Shown in pieces: positions 44,891-61,405 of a stretch of DNA of 64,000 nt. Origin of the DNA: the human T2T-CHM13v2.0 reference genome, Homo sapiens; the NCBI RefSeq assembly GCF_009914755.1, contig NC_060930.1, one strand, 5' to 3'. The translations under genes and the position numbers were made by a program. The notes beneath the pieces are model-generated. The model did no database searches. It saw only the letters and a program-made list of their open reading frames with translations, and was not told the origin of the DNA. Position 1 is the stretch's first letter, and every line of letters begins with the position of its first letter.

Positions 44891-45879
44891 CTCTGTATTT
44901 TTGATGGGATGGATGGTTCAACATTTAAAGAGAACCTAAAAAGTTAAAAGTAAAAGCAAAGAAGTCTTAATAACAAAAAGCACCTTCATGCAATGTCACT
45001 GTTTTACTGCATCTTAATAAAGAAATGTGGCCACCTTAGACCCAGAATATAATCAATTTTTAATTGTCTTTCTTGGATAATATCAGGATAGAGTGTAATA
45101 AGTTAGGTTAACATATTAGCTTGCATCTTGTCAGGGAAAATAGGTAGATCCTCTGAACACAGAGGAAGGAGGGACGTCCACGTTTGTCCTGTTTAGTGTC
45201 ATACTGAAGAAGAGTATGACCAGCCAGTGCTGGGCGTTCTGCAGCTTGGGACAGATGTTGGGGGGAAGGGCACTGCCTTTCTTGTGAACTTTCTTGCCCA
45301 AGGGACAAATGAGCTAAGCAGTACTACGTTATTAGTGGGATGTGTATGTGTGTGTGTGTGTATGAGAGAGAGAGAGAGAGAAAGAGAAAGAGAACAGAGC
45401 CTGTAAGTCTTGCCATTTTGCCTTTTCAGACAACCCACCCCCACCCCTCAGCATAGGAATGTAGTCCTAACCCCAAGCCACTGCTTCTTCTGCTTGCAGC
45501 TCTAAACTTGAGCAGGTCTTGGGGGCAGTTCACCAGTGCACCACACTACACTACTCTCAGCAATCTTTTTTTTTTTTAAACAGTGATTTGCACTGATCTA
45601 GCCTCTAAGGGGTAAGGGCCGAGATGAAGCAGAGAATTTATTTTTATATTATGTCATCTGGTGCAGAGACTGCTACAAAATCAGGAGTCAAAAATCTAAG
45701 GGAATAGGCTGTGAAGTCATTTTGTCCATGAGTTGTGTTACAACACATTCATTCATTGTAAACAATCACCAACAGTCATTGCCATAATTTATTCTTGGCA
45801 GTAAATTGGGTTTTCTAGTGACAGAGTAAGCCATCAGAATTAAGCAACCAGGAGCTCCAGTTCATGTGTGCTGGAAAAG

Positions 45880-46010
45880 ATGTTTGCGAGACTTCAGGTA
45901 CCACTACCTCATATTAAAGGTGAGCAAGTGGAGGCCCAGAGAGGGCAGGTGACTTGCCCAAGGTCACACAGTGGGTTAGAGCCATATCAAGGACTAGAAC
46001 ATTGGTAATC
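45880..46010. mobile_element. MIR
   Basis: gaggcccagagagggcaggtgacttgcccaaggtcacacag. Confidence 0.75.
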
Positions 46011-47641
46011 CATCACATCGTCCTTAAACCTTTCTGCCCCACTTCCTGTTGACACAATAGGCAGGATATTAAACTCCAGTTTCATTCCTGGGGATTGATA
46101 TGAAAGGTTTTTTACTTGTCCAATCCCATTTTCCTTGTCCAGGCAGATGACAGGTAGTAATTTCAGAAACTGAGCAAGGGATGGTGAAAGCTAGATTGTA
46201 GTGGGCTCTTTTTGGTTTGGTTGTTATGAGCGCTCTCAATGCAAAGCTTAGAAACCTCTCCAGAGAAATAATCAGCTCTCCAAGGAGTGCTCTTGCAGAC
46301 TAGCATGTTGCCTTGCTTGCTGGTGTGTATCTTCCTATAAATTCCTGGTATCCAGTGTCCATACAGGAGAAATTGGCTGACTTGTTTTCTTGCTGTGTTG
46401 TATGACAGATAATCAGAAATGTAACTCTGGTGCCTTGTCATGTGCCCAGAGGAAGTTAAATGTGCTTGCCTTTAATATGTATATGTATACACACACACAC
46501 ACACACAGCAGTTAGAAAATAGATGTTTGTAAAATATGATTTTTTTAGGGAATATGTAAAAACTGGCATCTCTTCAGATAGACATAGAGGTACTTAAAAA
46601 CCTTGGTTAATATGTCTTGTTTGTATACTCCATGTGGTGTATTTTACACAGTATCTAAAGGTGTTGCCTGATTTTGAATTAGTTAAAAGACAGGTTAGAG
46701 ACGTGGGAGAAGAGTATGTTGTATTTCTTGTCTGATCTGAGGAATTTTATATTCCTGAAGTCTATAATTAGGTGCTTGTGTTGATTGTTTATTGAAACAA
46801 AGCTGAAGGTGGGGGTGAGGGGAGTGCCACATAGTGGAAAACACTCTATGGCAAACATCTGAGCTTTACTTAAAAGCATGGGCTGCAAAGAAATGTAAAT
46901 TCATTGGCTTAATTGGAAGAGAGTATTTATAGAAATTGAATGATCCAGTAAAACTAAAAGCCTGGCTTCTTTCATCTTCAGAGACCTGCCTTAGTAAATG
47001 CTGTTCTGGAAATCCCTTGCCTGCAAAGTGGACTTTGCCATCCAATTTCTGGCCTCCTGGCAGTCAGTCACTTTGACCTAACCCTATTGCTTGACTCGTA
47101 TTTACTACGTACTTTCCTTTTTTGGCTTAGGGTTGTACTGAAAATGTACATGTAAAGAAAAAAATGTCCATGTACACTGAAGTTTTCTGATTTTTTATAT
47201 AGCTCCATAATTTGATTTCAATAACTATTACAAAGAAACTTTTATAAGAAGATACAATTTGAAAATCTTGCTGTGCAGCCTCTTCCCATCTACTCTGCCT
47301 GCCTACTACGCCTTTTATAGTTCACCATATCCATTAGGTTCTCGAAAATTCTTCCACTGTTTATGCAAATCTTTAAATTTTTAAATACTTTTATTTTCCT
47401 TCTTAGAAAAGGTGACAACTAGATGCTATTCTGCACCTTGTTTTTACATGGAATCATATACCTTAATAAGCTTTTCAGACACTCTTTCAATCTTCTGCTA
47501 TTATGAAGTTGCAGTGAATAACCTTGTATATCACTTCATACATGTGCAGGTATATCTGTAGGGTAATTTCCTATAAGGGGATCAGGATTTGGGCCAGCAG
47601 ATATGTGCATATGTATTTGTGATCGTGTGGCTAGCCCCTCC

Positions 47642-50356
47642 TTTTTTTAACTTTTATTTTAAGTTTAGGGGTACATCTGCAGGTTTGTTATATAGGGAAA
47701 CTCGTGTCATGAAGGTTTGTTGTACAGATTATTTCATCACACAGGTATTAAGCCTAGTACCCATTAGTTATTTTTCCTGATCCTCTCCCTCCTCCCACTC
47801 TCCACCTTCTCTGGTAGGCCCCACTGTCTGTTCCCCTTTATGTGTCCATATGTTCTTATAATTTAGCTCCCACTTATAAGTGAGAACATGCAGTATATGG
47901 TTTTCCGTTCCTGTGTTAGTTTGCTAAGGATAATGGCCTCCAGCTCCATCCATGTCCCTGCAAAGAACACAGTCTCATTATTTTTATGGCTGCATAGTAT
48001 TCCGAGGTGTATATGTACCACATTTTCATTATCCGGTCTATCATTGGTGAGCATTTAGGTTGATTCCATGTCTTTGCTATTGTGAATAGTGCTGCAGTGA
48101 ACATACGGTATGCATGAGTCTTCATAACAGAACAATTTATATTCCTTTGAGTATATACCCAGAAATGGGAATGCTGGGTTGAATGGTATTTCTGGTAGTT
48201 TTTTTGGTCCTTGAGAAATCGCCACACTGCTTTCCATAATGGTTGAACTAATTTATACTTCCACCAACAATGTATAAGCCTTTTTTTTGGCAACCTCACC
48301 AGCATCTATTGTTTTTTGATTGTTTAATAATAGACATTCTGTCTGGTGTGAGATGGTATCTCATTGTGGTTTTGATTTGCATTTTTCTAATGATCAGTGA
48401 CATTGAGCTTTTTTTCATATGCTTATTGGCTGCATCACATGTGTGTCTTTTGAAAAGTGTCTGCTCATGTCCTTTGCCCACGTTTTAATGGGGCTGTTTG
48501 TTTTTTTCTTGTAAATTTGTTTAAGTTTCTTACCGATGCTGGATATTAGACCTTTGTCAGATGCATAGTTTGCAAAAATTTTCTCCCATTCTATATGTTG
48601 TCTGTTTACTCTGTTGAGAGTTTCTTTTGCTGTGCAGAAGCTCTTTAGTTTAATTAGATCCCATTTGTCAATTTTTGCTTTTGTTCCAATTGCTTTTGGT
48701 GTCTTCGTCATGAAATCTTTGCCCGTTCCTGTTTTCAGAATGGTATTGCCTTGGTTGTCTTCCCGGGTTTTTATAAAAGTTTTGGATTTTACACTTACCT
48801 TTAATCCATCTTCAGTTGATTTTTATATATGGTATAACGAAAGAGTCCACTTTCAATCTTCTGCATATGGCTAGCCAGTTATCCCAGCACCATTTATTGA
48901 ATAAGTAGTTCTTTACCCGTTGCTTAATTTTTGTCAGGTTTGTCGAAGATCATATGGTTGTAGGTGTGCGGCCTTACTTCTGGGCTCTCATTCTGTCCCA
49001 TTGGTCTATGTGTCTGTTTTTGTACCAGTACCATGCTGTTTTGGTTACTGTGGCCCTATAGTATAGTTTGAAGTCAAGTAGTGTAATGCCTCCAGCTTTG
49101 TTCTTTTTGCTTAGGATTGCCTTTGCTATTCAGGCTCTTTTTTGGTTCCATATGAATTTTAAAATAGTTTTTTCTAGTTCTGTGAAGAATGTTGTTGGTA
49201 GTTTGATAGGAATAACATTGAATGTGTAAATTGCTTATGTTTTCCCATTTGTTTGTGTCATCTCTGATTTCTTTGAAGAGTGTTTTTAATTCTTGTTGTA
49301 GAGATCTTTCTAGAGTATTCCTAGGTGTTTTATTCTTTTTGTGGCAGTTGTGAATGGGATTATGTTTCTGATTTGGCTCTTGGCTTAACTGTTGGTATAT
49401 GGGAATGCTAGTGGTTTTTGTATGTTGCTTTTGTATCCTGAGACTTCGCTGAATTTATGTATCAGCTTAAGGAGCTTTTGGGCTGAGACTATGGGGTTTT
49501 CTAGATATAGAATCATGTTGTCTGCAAACAGAGGGTAGTTTGACTTCCTCTCTTTTTATTTGGAGGCACTTTATTTCTTTCTCTTGACTGATTGCTCTGG
49601 CCAGGGCTTCCAATATTATGTTGAATAGGAGTGGTGAGAGAGGGCATCCTTGTCTTTTGCCAGTTTTCAAGGGGAATGCTTCCAGCTTTTGCCCATTCAG
49701 TATTATGTTGGCTGTGGATTTGTCATCGATGGCTCTTAATATTTTGAGGTATGTTCATTCAATATGTAGTTTACTGAGAATTTTTAACATGAAGCAGTGT
49801 TGAATTTTATTGAAAGCCTTTTCAGCATCTATTGAGATAATCATGTGTTTTTTGTCTTTAGTTGTTTATGTGATGAATCACATTTATTGCTTTGCCTGTG
49901 TTGAACCAACCTTGCATCCCAGGGATAAAGCCTACTTGATCATGATGGGTAAGCTTTTTGATGTGCTAGTGGGTTTGTTTTGCCAGTATTTTATTGAGGA
50001 TTTTTGCATAGATGTTCATCAAGGATATTGGCCTTATTTTTTCATTGTGTCTCTGCCAGGTTTCGGTATAAGGAGGATGCTAGCCTCATAGAATGAGTTG
50101 GGGAAGAATCCCTCCTCCTCAATTTTTTGGACTAGTTACAGTGGGAATGGTACCAGCTCTTTGTACGTCTGGTAGAATTTGGATTTGGCTGTAAATCTGT
50201 CTGGTCCTGGGCTTTTCTTGGTTGGTAGGCTATTTATTGCTGATTCAATTTCAGAGTTCATTATTGGTCTCTTCAGGGATTCTGTTTCTTTCTGGTTCAC
50301 TCTTGGGAGGGTGTATGTGTCCAGGAATTTATCCATTTCTTTTGGATTTTATAGTT
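47642..50356 (-). mobile_element. 5'-truncated primate L1 (older L1PA type), 2.7 kb, decayed ORF2 plus 3' UTR
   Basis: ORF2 peptides [43 protein letters not shown]; L1PA 3' UTR and tail at 47642. Confidence 0.95.
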
Positions 50357-50395
50357 CCTGTCGCTTGCCCTTTCAGTGGACTATTTTTGTTTTTT

Positions 50396-50497
50396 TAAAT
50401 GGAATGCTTCACAAATATGCCCCTTCCTTGCACAGAGGCCATGCTAATTTTCTCTGTATTTTTCCAATTTTCATATATGTGCTGCTGAAGCGATCAC
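50396..50497 (-). pseudogene. U6 snRNA retropseudogene (near full length)
   Basis: Reverse complement reads GTGATCGCTTCAGCAGCACATATATGAAAATTGGAAAAATACAGAGAAAATTAGCATGGCCTCTGTGCAAGGA...GTGAAGCATTCCATTT, including the ACAGAGA box; followed by an A-rich tail. Confidence 0.92.
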
Positions 50498-50691
50498 CCT
50501 AAGTACTGTTTGATTTTTGCACTCCTGCCAACTTAATTAGGGCTGCACCAATAGAGTGGGTTATCAAACTTTTGGATTTTTGCCAATCTCATTTGTAAAA
50601 TATACTTTATTGATATGGTTTAGATTTGCATACCTTTTTTAAAAAAGCAAAAGCCTGGACATCTTTTCAAGATGTTTAAAGGCCATTTGTT

Positions 50692-51054
<363 letters not shown>

Positions 51055-51422
51055 TTAATTCCTGTACGTGATTTACTCTTCTGTTGGATTCTTGCTCTTT
51101 TTCTTGTTGATTTGTAAGGGCTCTTTATATAATAGGGAGATTAGCTCTAAGTCTGTGATATGATCTTCAAATTTTTCTTGGTTTATCATTTCCTTTAGTA
51201 TTTGTGGGGTTTTTTTGGTCTTATACAGAATTTTCCATTCTTTCTTTTATGGCTTCTGGATTTCGAGTCACAGAAAGCATTTCCACCAACCCCTTCCACA
51301 CATACACGCACAAGAATTGACCCATATTTTCTTGCAGAATTTCTATGCTATTACTTTTTTTACATTTAAATATTTGCTCCATTTGAGGTTTATCCTGATA
51401 TTCTGTTAAGTATGGATTCAAG

Positions 51423-51728
51423 TTTTTTGTTTTTGTTTTTGTTTTTGTTTTGGAAATAGGCTCTCACTCTGTTGCCCAGACTGGAGTGCAGTGGTGCAGT
51501 GACGGCTCACTGCAGCCTCGACCTCCTGTGCTCAGGTGATTCTCTTGCCTCAGCCTCCTGAGTAGCTGGGACCACAGGTGCACACCACCATGCCTGGCAA
51601 ATTTTATTATTTGTGGAGACGAGGTCTCGCTACATTGTCCAGGCTGGTCTCTAACTCCTGGGCTCGGGCGATCCTACCTCCGCCTCCCAAAGTGCTGAGA
51701 TTATAGGCAGGAGCAGTCGTGCCTGACT
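51423..51728 (-). mobile_element. AluJ
   Basis: (TTTTTG)n tail; J diagnostics. Confidence 0.88.
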
Positions 51729-52164
51729 CAACTTTATTTTTTGTAGATGGCTACCCAATTTCCCTAACCACTTAGTCAAAATGCCCACCTTTCCTCCCAC
51801 TGAAGTGCCACCATTATAAAGTAAATATTTTGTAAATGAAAAATGCCCACTATTCCCTTGTAAAACAAGAAACTGTGGGTCACCATTTTTTGGAAAGAAT
51901 GTTTCAGTTCTCTTTTTAACTCAAGACAGCTCTTCCACTTTGTCCTCCAAGGATAATATTTACTCCAGAGTGAATGAATGAGGTTAACAACCCACCTGCT
52001 TGTTTCTCCCTAGTGGAATGTTAACATTTTGCCTCTTGGCACAATTCTCAAGATTTATCTTAAGACCCTGTCTCCTTTCACTCAAAGTATTTGTCTCTTT
52101 ATCACAAAGCCTGAAGAAACATTTCTTGTTACTCAAGGACCATGCCTTTTATGAGCCCTAAGAA

Positions 52165-52347
52165 CAGGAGTTATCAAAGTGTGGTCTTCCCCAGACCAGC
52201 AGTCTCAACATCAGCTGAGAATTGTCAGAAATGCAAACTGCTATCCTTGAGCTACAGAATCAGAGACCCTGTGTGGACAAGCCCAACAATCTGAATTCAA
52301 CAAGCCTCTCAGGTGTTTCTGAGCATGCTCAAGATTGAGACCCATGA
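52165..52347. mobile_element. MER5A
   Basis: tcaaagtgtggtc...agaccagcag...agaaatgcaaa...aacaagcctctcaggtg. Confidence 0.72.
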
Positions 52348-55132
52348 CCTTAGAGGTAATATTTAATTTCATAATGGCAGTTTACAACCCTATAGCACTG
52401 CCTTGTGGGCGGATGGGTTTGGTCCTAATCTTCTTGACATGTAAAAATGTAGACTCACAGCAGGAAGTGATAATATCTGTTCTTTAAAGGTGGTATTCTT
52501 AGAGTAGGAAACTTTTCTGAGTTTTTTCCAGGAGTCACAAAGATACCTCACTAGGACCGCTAGTGCTTTGGACTAGAACACCTTACATCCAGAATCTTGC
52601 CACTGGGTCAGTGCTTCCCTTTGTCATATAATAAAAAACCAGCAAAACTGGTTTCTATAATATGCTAAGGAGTTTTGTAGCGTTGAAGACTTGTCTTACC
52701 CCCACAAAAGCATCATTGTTCCTTCTCATCCCTTGCCCCTCTGCCTTTAAAATTAATTTGATACCAGAATGGCAAATACTTCTGATGACTGTTAGCCACG
52801 CCATAATGGTGCTTGTATTTGGCAGGTTAAGGCAGAGTTCCCATACCTCTGAGCCTAATTGCCAGCCAGGGTTCAGCTCAGAGCAGTAGTTCTAAAGTTT
52901 TTCTGGACATTAGACTCCACTGGATAGCTTTTGAAAATTCAACTACCCGGGCCAAATCCATGTAACTAATTCTATATCTCAGGGGTGGAACCCAGGGATC
53001 AGGATTTTTTTTTATTACCCAGCCGATGACAATGTATATCGAAGTTAGTTTAAGAACAAAGGATGTGCACACTTGTTTTAAAGTAGTTTTGGTTATGATA
53101 ATAAGAATTATAAGAGGGACCAAATATCAAATGCAAGAAAATGGTCCTGAATGCCAATACAATCAGAATAAGAAATGCATAAATAGCGACTTGCTTGAAG
53201 CTGAAATCAACTCCTTTTTGGATGCCTTTCTTGTCTTTTGAAGAACACATGTTGTAGTATGTGTTTCTCTCCATATCCTGTGTGTTTCATTGTAATAGTC
53301 TTGCTGATTGATTTTGTTGGCTGCAAGCAAAGTGATAAAATGCCAGTGGGTGCCTGTGCCAGGGAGGTCAGGACTGGACTTTCCCACTTGGCTCTGTTTT
53401 GATGCATTTAGCAGATTGATTCCAACCCTCTTTGGAGACTCTGACCTACAAAAGTGTCTGTTATCTTTGAGAGCTCCAGGGAAAGCTATGGACCTTTCTA
53501 GATCTTTTCCCACCTTTTGGCCCATCAGATATTGCCTTGTCCACAGCAGAACTTGACGATTCATCATAGAAGCCTATGGTTTTATTTATTGACACTGCTG
53601 TACAATTTTCCCTGTAGCGAGTCATAGTTGGCTGAAGAGAGAGTCGAAGATTAAGTACAAAACTTTCTAAACATCCTGTTTTCCCTCAAGACAGGGCACT
53701 GTTCTTAATAAACTGAACATTCTTTTGCACTGGCCCTGGGGCAAGGGTGTCCCAAAAGCTTTGACAGGGGTGCCATTTGGTCATAAACAGTGTGGTAATA
53801 GGGTGGAGTCAGAAAGAAATTCTCTCATCCCTTTTACAACTCCAGGCAATTCTAGAACCAACCCTTGGGAACCCAGGGAAAGAACTCTGAAATGATACGC
53901 TGGCTGAGGTTTGCCGTGGCCACACCTCAGGGTTAAGCATTGAAGGAGCTAGGCAAAGAGTGTGTGTGTTTAGCTACAAACTAAGTCACAGATCAAGAGG
54001 CTTTTGGTATTCTTCCATTTTTGCTTAGAATTCTATGATGGTTTTTGAAATATATTGTCCTTACTTTATGTTCTTACCTGTAATCTCATAAGTTTCTGGT
54101 AAATTTAGCTTTTGCCAGGTTCCGGTGGGTCTTACCCAGAGATGGTCAGAGTAAATGAACAAAAGAAGGAATTGATTAGGATGTGAAACTTCAGATACGC
54201 TCACAGGCCTTCAAGCCCTAGAAAGTAGTATGCCAGTGAATTTTCTAGTCCTCTCTACACTTTGTACAGATGAAGAAACCGAGACCCAGGGAACTCAACC
54301 AAGGTTTCTTGCCATTCCTCCAGTCCCCCAGTTAAAAAAAAAAAAAAAATTAGGTTCTATTTTGCAAACTGACAAGGAGAATTATACAATGGAAATAACA
54401 CTCATTTTAATGTATCTGTTCTTGTAGTTTCTTATTTTATTCACCTTTATAAACCATTCTGAGAACATTGTCATAAAGAGCATTCTCCTAAATTGGAATG
54501 TGATTCAAATAGTCCTGTCTCCTTTCCTCCTTGCTTTTTATGAAATGACTGCCTACACGCACTCGCGCACATATTTTAGTGAGCAATGCAATGTGCGAAT
54601 ACAAATAGAAATAGATTTTGTTAAAAAAAAATTAATGTCAGTCCACTAGTTAAAAAAGTACCAAAGTCATTACAAGATTCATTAACTATGTTTAAGAAAA
54701 GTATTGAGGGCTTTTTGGGGGATTAAATAATTTTAATTTATAAATAATGGCCTCAGATTCATAAACCTTAACTGATTGTAGAGATTATGAAGGTTTGTTT
54801 CTCACACAGTTAATTATTTGTTGCTTTTTAAATAACCAGATAATTACTTTGCATTTGTAATGATTAATTGCAAAAAGTTGGTTATAAGAATCCCTAGATG
54901 AATTCTCAGGTAAGATCTCATGCAGAATTCTTTGAAGTTCATTTGGGGTCATTTATCAAGAAAAGCAATGCATTTCAGGTTTATGAACTCACTTTGCCCA
55001 CAGGTGAGGTTTCCAGGCTTCGAACCAGCAGGAGGAGAGTCAGTGGGAGGATCTGACGTAGGTATGGCTTCAGAGATGAAGAGAGTATTTCTCCTCCGCA
55101 CCCCCTTTGCCTACACCTAGAAATAAGTTTAG

Positions 55133-55509
<377 letters not shown>

Positions 55510-57001
55510 GTTCTCTCTTTAATCTCCCAATTAACGAACATCTACTGCGACAGCATCCATTACCTAGAATTGTAGGAAGGTATATAGGATAGACGTAGCA
55601 AAGAGGTAAGTGGGTAAGAAAATAAACACTCATAAAAAGGAGACAAACTGTCAGAGTGGTCCCCTAGCTACACCTGCCACAATTGCCTCCTGAGAAGTCC
55701 TTGTTCTGCACGAGCTAAAATTCCCATTCAAATAAATTGTTGCTCTTCCTATAATCATTGAGCTGCTGAATAGAGCCAGGGTCCTTGATAGACGTCATAG
55801 TTTGTTATTGACTTTATCACCAGTAAAAGTTAATACTGTCATCCCTTTCCTGCAGCAACACACTACCATTTTTTTTTCCAAAATTAATTTAGGTAAAGAA
55901 CATTTTTCTTAGTATAATTTTCATTGAATTCAGTATTATCAAGTTTGTATATTTTTAGAGCTTTTGGATCGCTATTCCAGCCCACATTTTTCATAGCAAT
56001 TTGTCTAGTATTTCTTCAAGATCTTTTTATGTTCATTTGAAAAATGAACATGACTTCATATGTATTCATTAGCAATCACTGCCGTAGGCCTTTCTGTTTG
56101 ATTTTTCTTCTGAACCTCAGAGATAGTGGCTCATTATGAAGTAGAAAAAGGCTAACTAAGACCTTGTTCTGAACTTACAGTGGGTAAGCAAGAGGCTTCA
56201 GATCCATAATCTCTATCAAAATGTTTGCCCACATTACTGTAACAGGGAGTCATTCAGAATGAGAGTGGAGGAATTTGACTCCTTTTAAAGAATCGCGTGT
56301 GCTTTTTCTACTTTCATGGTTGTGTCGTTTTGCCGGGGAGATTTTGAAAGAGAAGACTCATATCTTGTCTTCCCCATACCGAGGGGTCTTTAACCCCTAA
56401 TCTATAAATTAAATAGGTAGGTCAAGCAATACCTACCAGAGTTGGTTGCTCTGCCCACTGGCTCCTCTCTGCACCTCCCTCCCAGACCATTTCTCCACTT
56501 CCTCAGCCTTAGAAAAAACAGCTCACTCATGGTGGTGCTTGCCGGTGGACCTTGGAGATAAGCTTCTATTCTTGGTTGTTTTTAAGAAAACTGAATTCTC
56601 TTCTTAGAGCCAACCCATATCTTATCAGTGTAACTTTACTCACTCTCCAAGCCCTAATTCCATTCTGTCCTTTAAACATTAGGAGATTTCCCAAAAATAG
56701 GCTTGTCAGTAAAACTCTGGTGTGACAAAGGGGCAAAAGTGTTGCTTTTTTGTGTGGAGATTGCATTTTTAATATTCTGTTCCCCAGAAGTGGTTCCAGG
56801 ATGCTTCCCTAGAAGTCTTTGGGAAGAACAATTAGAGTAAGAAAGGTTCTTCCATTATCTGCCCCAGGCTGGGTGTCTTCGGATGACTCTGTCACCTCAC
56901 AAGTTGTTTAATCCTGTATTTAGCTTGTCAGGGATCATACGAAATGGGGTCTACATCAGATTTTCCACAGTTGTTTTTTTCTTTAGTGATATAGCCTGGA
57001 A

Positions 57002-57330
<329 letters not shown>

Positions 57331-57709
57331 TCAGTGGGAAGAACAGCAGGAGGAATGAAGTCCCACGGGTTATCTGAAGAGATGTACTGATTTCAGAACA
57401 GTGATGCCAGCTATGAAAACTAACTACCACTTATATCATTAGATGAAGAGCCTGTTCTGAAATCTCCCGTTACCACTATATTATGTTTAAAAAGTATACA
57501 TCTGAACAGTCAGTGTAGCTGAAAATTGATGTCACCGTTTACATTGATTTTTTTTAATACATAGAAAATTTTTTTATCTTAACAAATTAAAGGTTTGTTA
57601 GAGGATCCACTTTCCTTTAATTAAAATAATCGATATGGAAGTACACAGTAGGCATTGGATACATTTTTGTTTCCTTTTGAAAATCTGTGAGTTACAGCCA
57701 GACTCTTCG

Positions 57710-57970
57710 TCCCAGCACTTTAGGAGGCCTAGGCGGGCAGATCACTTGAGTCCAGGAGTTCGAGACCAGCCTGGGCAATGTGGTGAAACCCTGTCTCTCC
57801 AAAAATACACAAATTAGCCAGGTGTGGTGGCGTGCACCTGTAGTCCCAGCTACTTGGGGGGTCGAGGTGAGAAGATTGCTTGAGCCCATGAGATTGAAGC
57901 TACAGTGATTGCACCACTGCACTCCAGCCTGGGCAACAGAGCAAGACCCTGTCTCAAAAGAAAAAGAAAA
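57710..57970 (+). mobile_element. 5'-truncated AluJ
   Basis: Flanked by tgtgagttac direct repeats. Confidence 0.85.
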
Positions 57971-58724
57971 CTTGTGAGTTACCTACCTTTGGGGAAGTGG
58001 AGAACTGATGTTATAGAAATGGGCAATAATCCTAAAATCTGGGGGTTCCCATTGCTCACCTCTTTTCTCTCATCCGCTCATTCATTCTTTCACTAAATGT
58101 TATTCTTTGTCAGTGTTCATAGAGGCTTCCCACGACTTGTCTCCCAGAAGCCCAGCTGTCTCAGAACTTCTCACGGGCTGACTGGTTCCTCCAATTTCCC
58201 TAGACTTTTTTGTTTGTTTGTTTTTAACATGTGTATCCTTTGTTTTTATTCTATTTTCACCAATTTTACAAATGAATTACACAGATTATGTATTCCCACA
58301 CACATTCTATCAGAAGTATATAGGATGTATTAGCGTCTTCAGCCCTTCCCCTTCTCCTCACTTATGGACTTCCTTCCAGGCCTTTTTCTATGTATTTTCA
58401 ACAGTGGTTATTTTGGCTTTACATTGGAAACCATGCCTTATCTACAGTTCTGACTTGTTTTTTTCCTTACTTGTTAAAGGAAAGAGGTACCTTGGCCATA
58501 GAATACTGCAGGTACATAATGTTCTATAATATGGGTATATAAGATAAAATGGTTTATTTAACCATTCCCTTTTAATGAACAATAGTCATTTAGATTTTTA
58601 ACTTACCCCTGTTGATTATAGTGCTATAATAAACATCCTTATACATGCCTTCCTGTGCATGTTTTTCAGTATTTCTCTAAGATAAATTGATTCCCAGAAG
58701 TACACTTGTAGAGTCAAAAAGTCA

Positions 58725-59041
<317 letters not shown>

Positions 59042-59228
59042 GCCATGTATATTTTAAATATTAACACTGCCAGGTAATCCTCCAAAACAGTTATACTAAG
59101 TCTCATGCCCATTCTTCTGCCTCACTAATTGACACTTGTTTTTAATTTTTTAATTTACTATAAAACATTTCAGATGCAAAAGATAGAAAGAATAGCACCC
59201 ATGAAATGACATTAACAATACATTTGAA

Positions 59229-59612
<384 letters not shown>

Positions 59613-60472
59613 TTATTAATCTAATGCTATTTAGTAATGTTTTCAATGTTTTTAAAATTTTATAAAAAGATGCCGTATACATTCTGAGGTTTTTTTGTTT
59701 GTTTTTTACTCACTACTATATTTGTGTGATTGGCCTGTGTTGATAACTATAGCCTGGTGCTAATGCTGCTCTACAAATTCTTGTGTACACATCCTTGTGC
59801 ATATGCGCAAGAGTTTATGGTGCATATTGAGAAGTTGATGGTTTTCACTAAATATTGATAAAACTCTTCTCCCGAGGGGCCCTCCCCGTCAACCCCTGGC
59901 TTCAAACATAGTATCAGTTTCTCATATTTTCAGCACTTGGTATTTTTAGACTTTGTCATTTTTGCCAACCTTGTAAGTGTGAGAAGGCTATTTCATTTTA
60001 ATTTATATTTCTCTGACTTCGTATTTTAATATTTTCAACCATTTAGTAGTCTCTTCTAGGAATCCCCTATTCCTGTCTTTTATCTAATTTTTCTCTTGGG
60101 TTATATGTTCTTTTCTTACTGGCTACTCCTAATTCTTTACCTATTCTGGATAATAATGCTGAGGTAGCTTACCTTTCCATTGTTTTACTGTGGCCTTTTG
60201 TTGACAGATAGCACGTGTGATTTGTGCTGCCCTCCCGTGCAGTCTCTTGTTTATACCTCAGTATGTCTGGAGTTGAGTTTTGTATGTAGTTTGAGGGATC
60301 CAATTTTATTTTTCCGATACACAGTTTATTAAATTGTCCATTCTTTGCAGTATCTGCAGTGTCCCATTTGTAATATATGACATCTTCATGTATGTGTGGA
60401 GCTGTGTCTCGGTTTTCTATACTATTCTTTTGGTCTATTTACCTATCGGTATGCCTGTACATATTTCACTAA

Positions 60473-60802
<330 letters not shown>

Positions 60803-60860
60803 TAAAAACCTGGGTATCGGGCAGGGCAGGTCTCTCTATCTTGTTCTTTTTGTTTTGTTC

Positions 60861-60873
60861 TCTTTCTCTCTCT

Positions 60874-60907
<34 letters not shown>

Positions 60908-61232
60908 AGACAGGGTCTCACTGTATCACCCAGCCTGGACTCAAACTCCTGAGCTCAAGCAATCCTTCCACCTCAGCCCCCATTCACTCTTTAGTGCAGT
61001 CATAGCTCACTGCAGCCTCAAATTCCTAGGCTCAAGTGATCCTCCCACTTTAACCTCTAAGTGGTGGGATTACAGGTGTGCACCACCAGACTTGGCTAAT
61101 TTTTTTATTTTGGTAGAGACCGGGTCTTGCTGTTGCCCACGCTGTTCTTGAACTCCTGGTCTCAAGTGATTCTCCTGCCTCTGCCTCTCAAAATTCTGGG
61201 ATTACAAGGCATGAGCCCCACTGCACCAGGCC
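60861..61232 (-). mobile_element. Rearranged/composite AluJ
   Basis: Extra partial arm between tail and body. Confidence 0.75.
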
Positions 61233-61276
61233 AAATCTCTTTAAAAGATAATCAATTTTAAAAATTAGTAAATTGT

Positions 61277-61405
61277 GGCCAGGTGCAGTGGCACACACTT
61301 AAAATCCCAGTGCTTTGGGAGGCTGAGGTAGGAGGATAGCTTGAAGCCAGGAGTTCGAGACCAGCCTGGGCAACATAGTGAAGTCCCCTATCTGTAAAAA
61401 CAAAG
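61277..61405 (+). mobile_element. FLAM / Alu left monomer
   Basis: Single left arm. Confidence 0.78.

Noticed and set aside
47863-50336. Reverse transcriptase-like ORFs
   Set aside because: Fragmented L1 ORF2 in a 5'-truncated copy; cannot be active.
50396-50497. Functional U6 gene
   Set aside because: Many substitutions, A-rich tail, no recognisable upstream PSE/TATA arrangement; embedded in L1 sequence.
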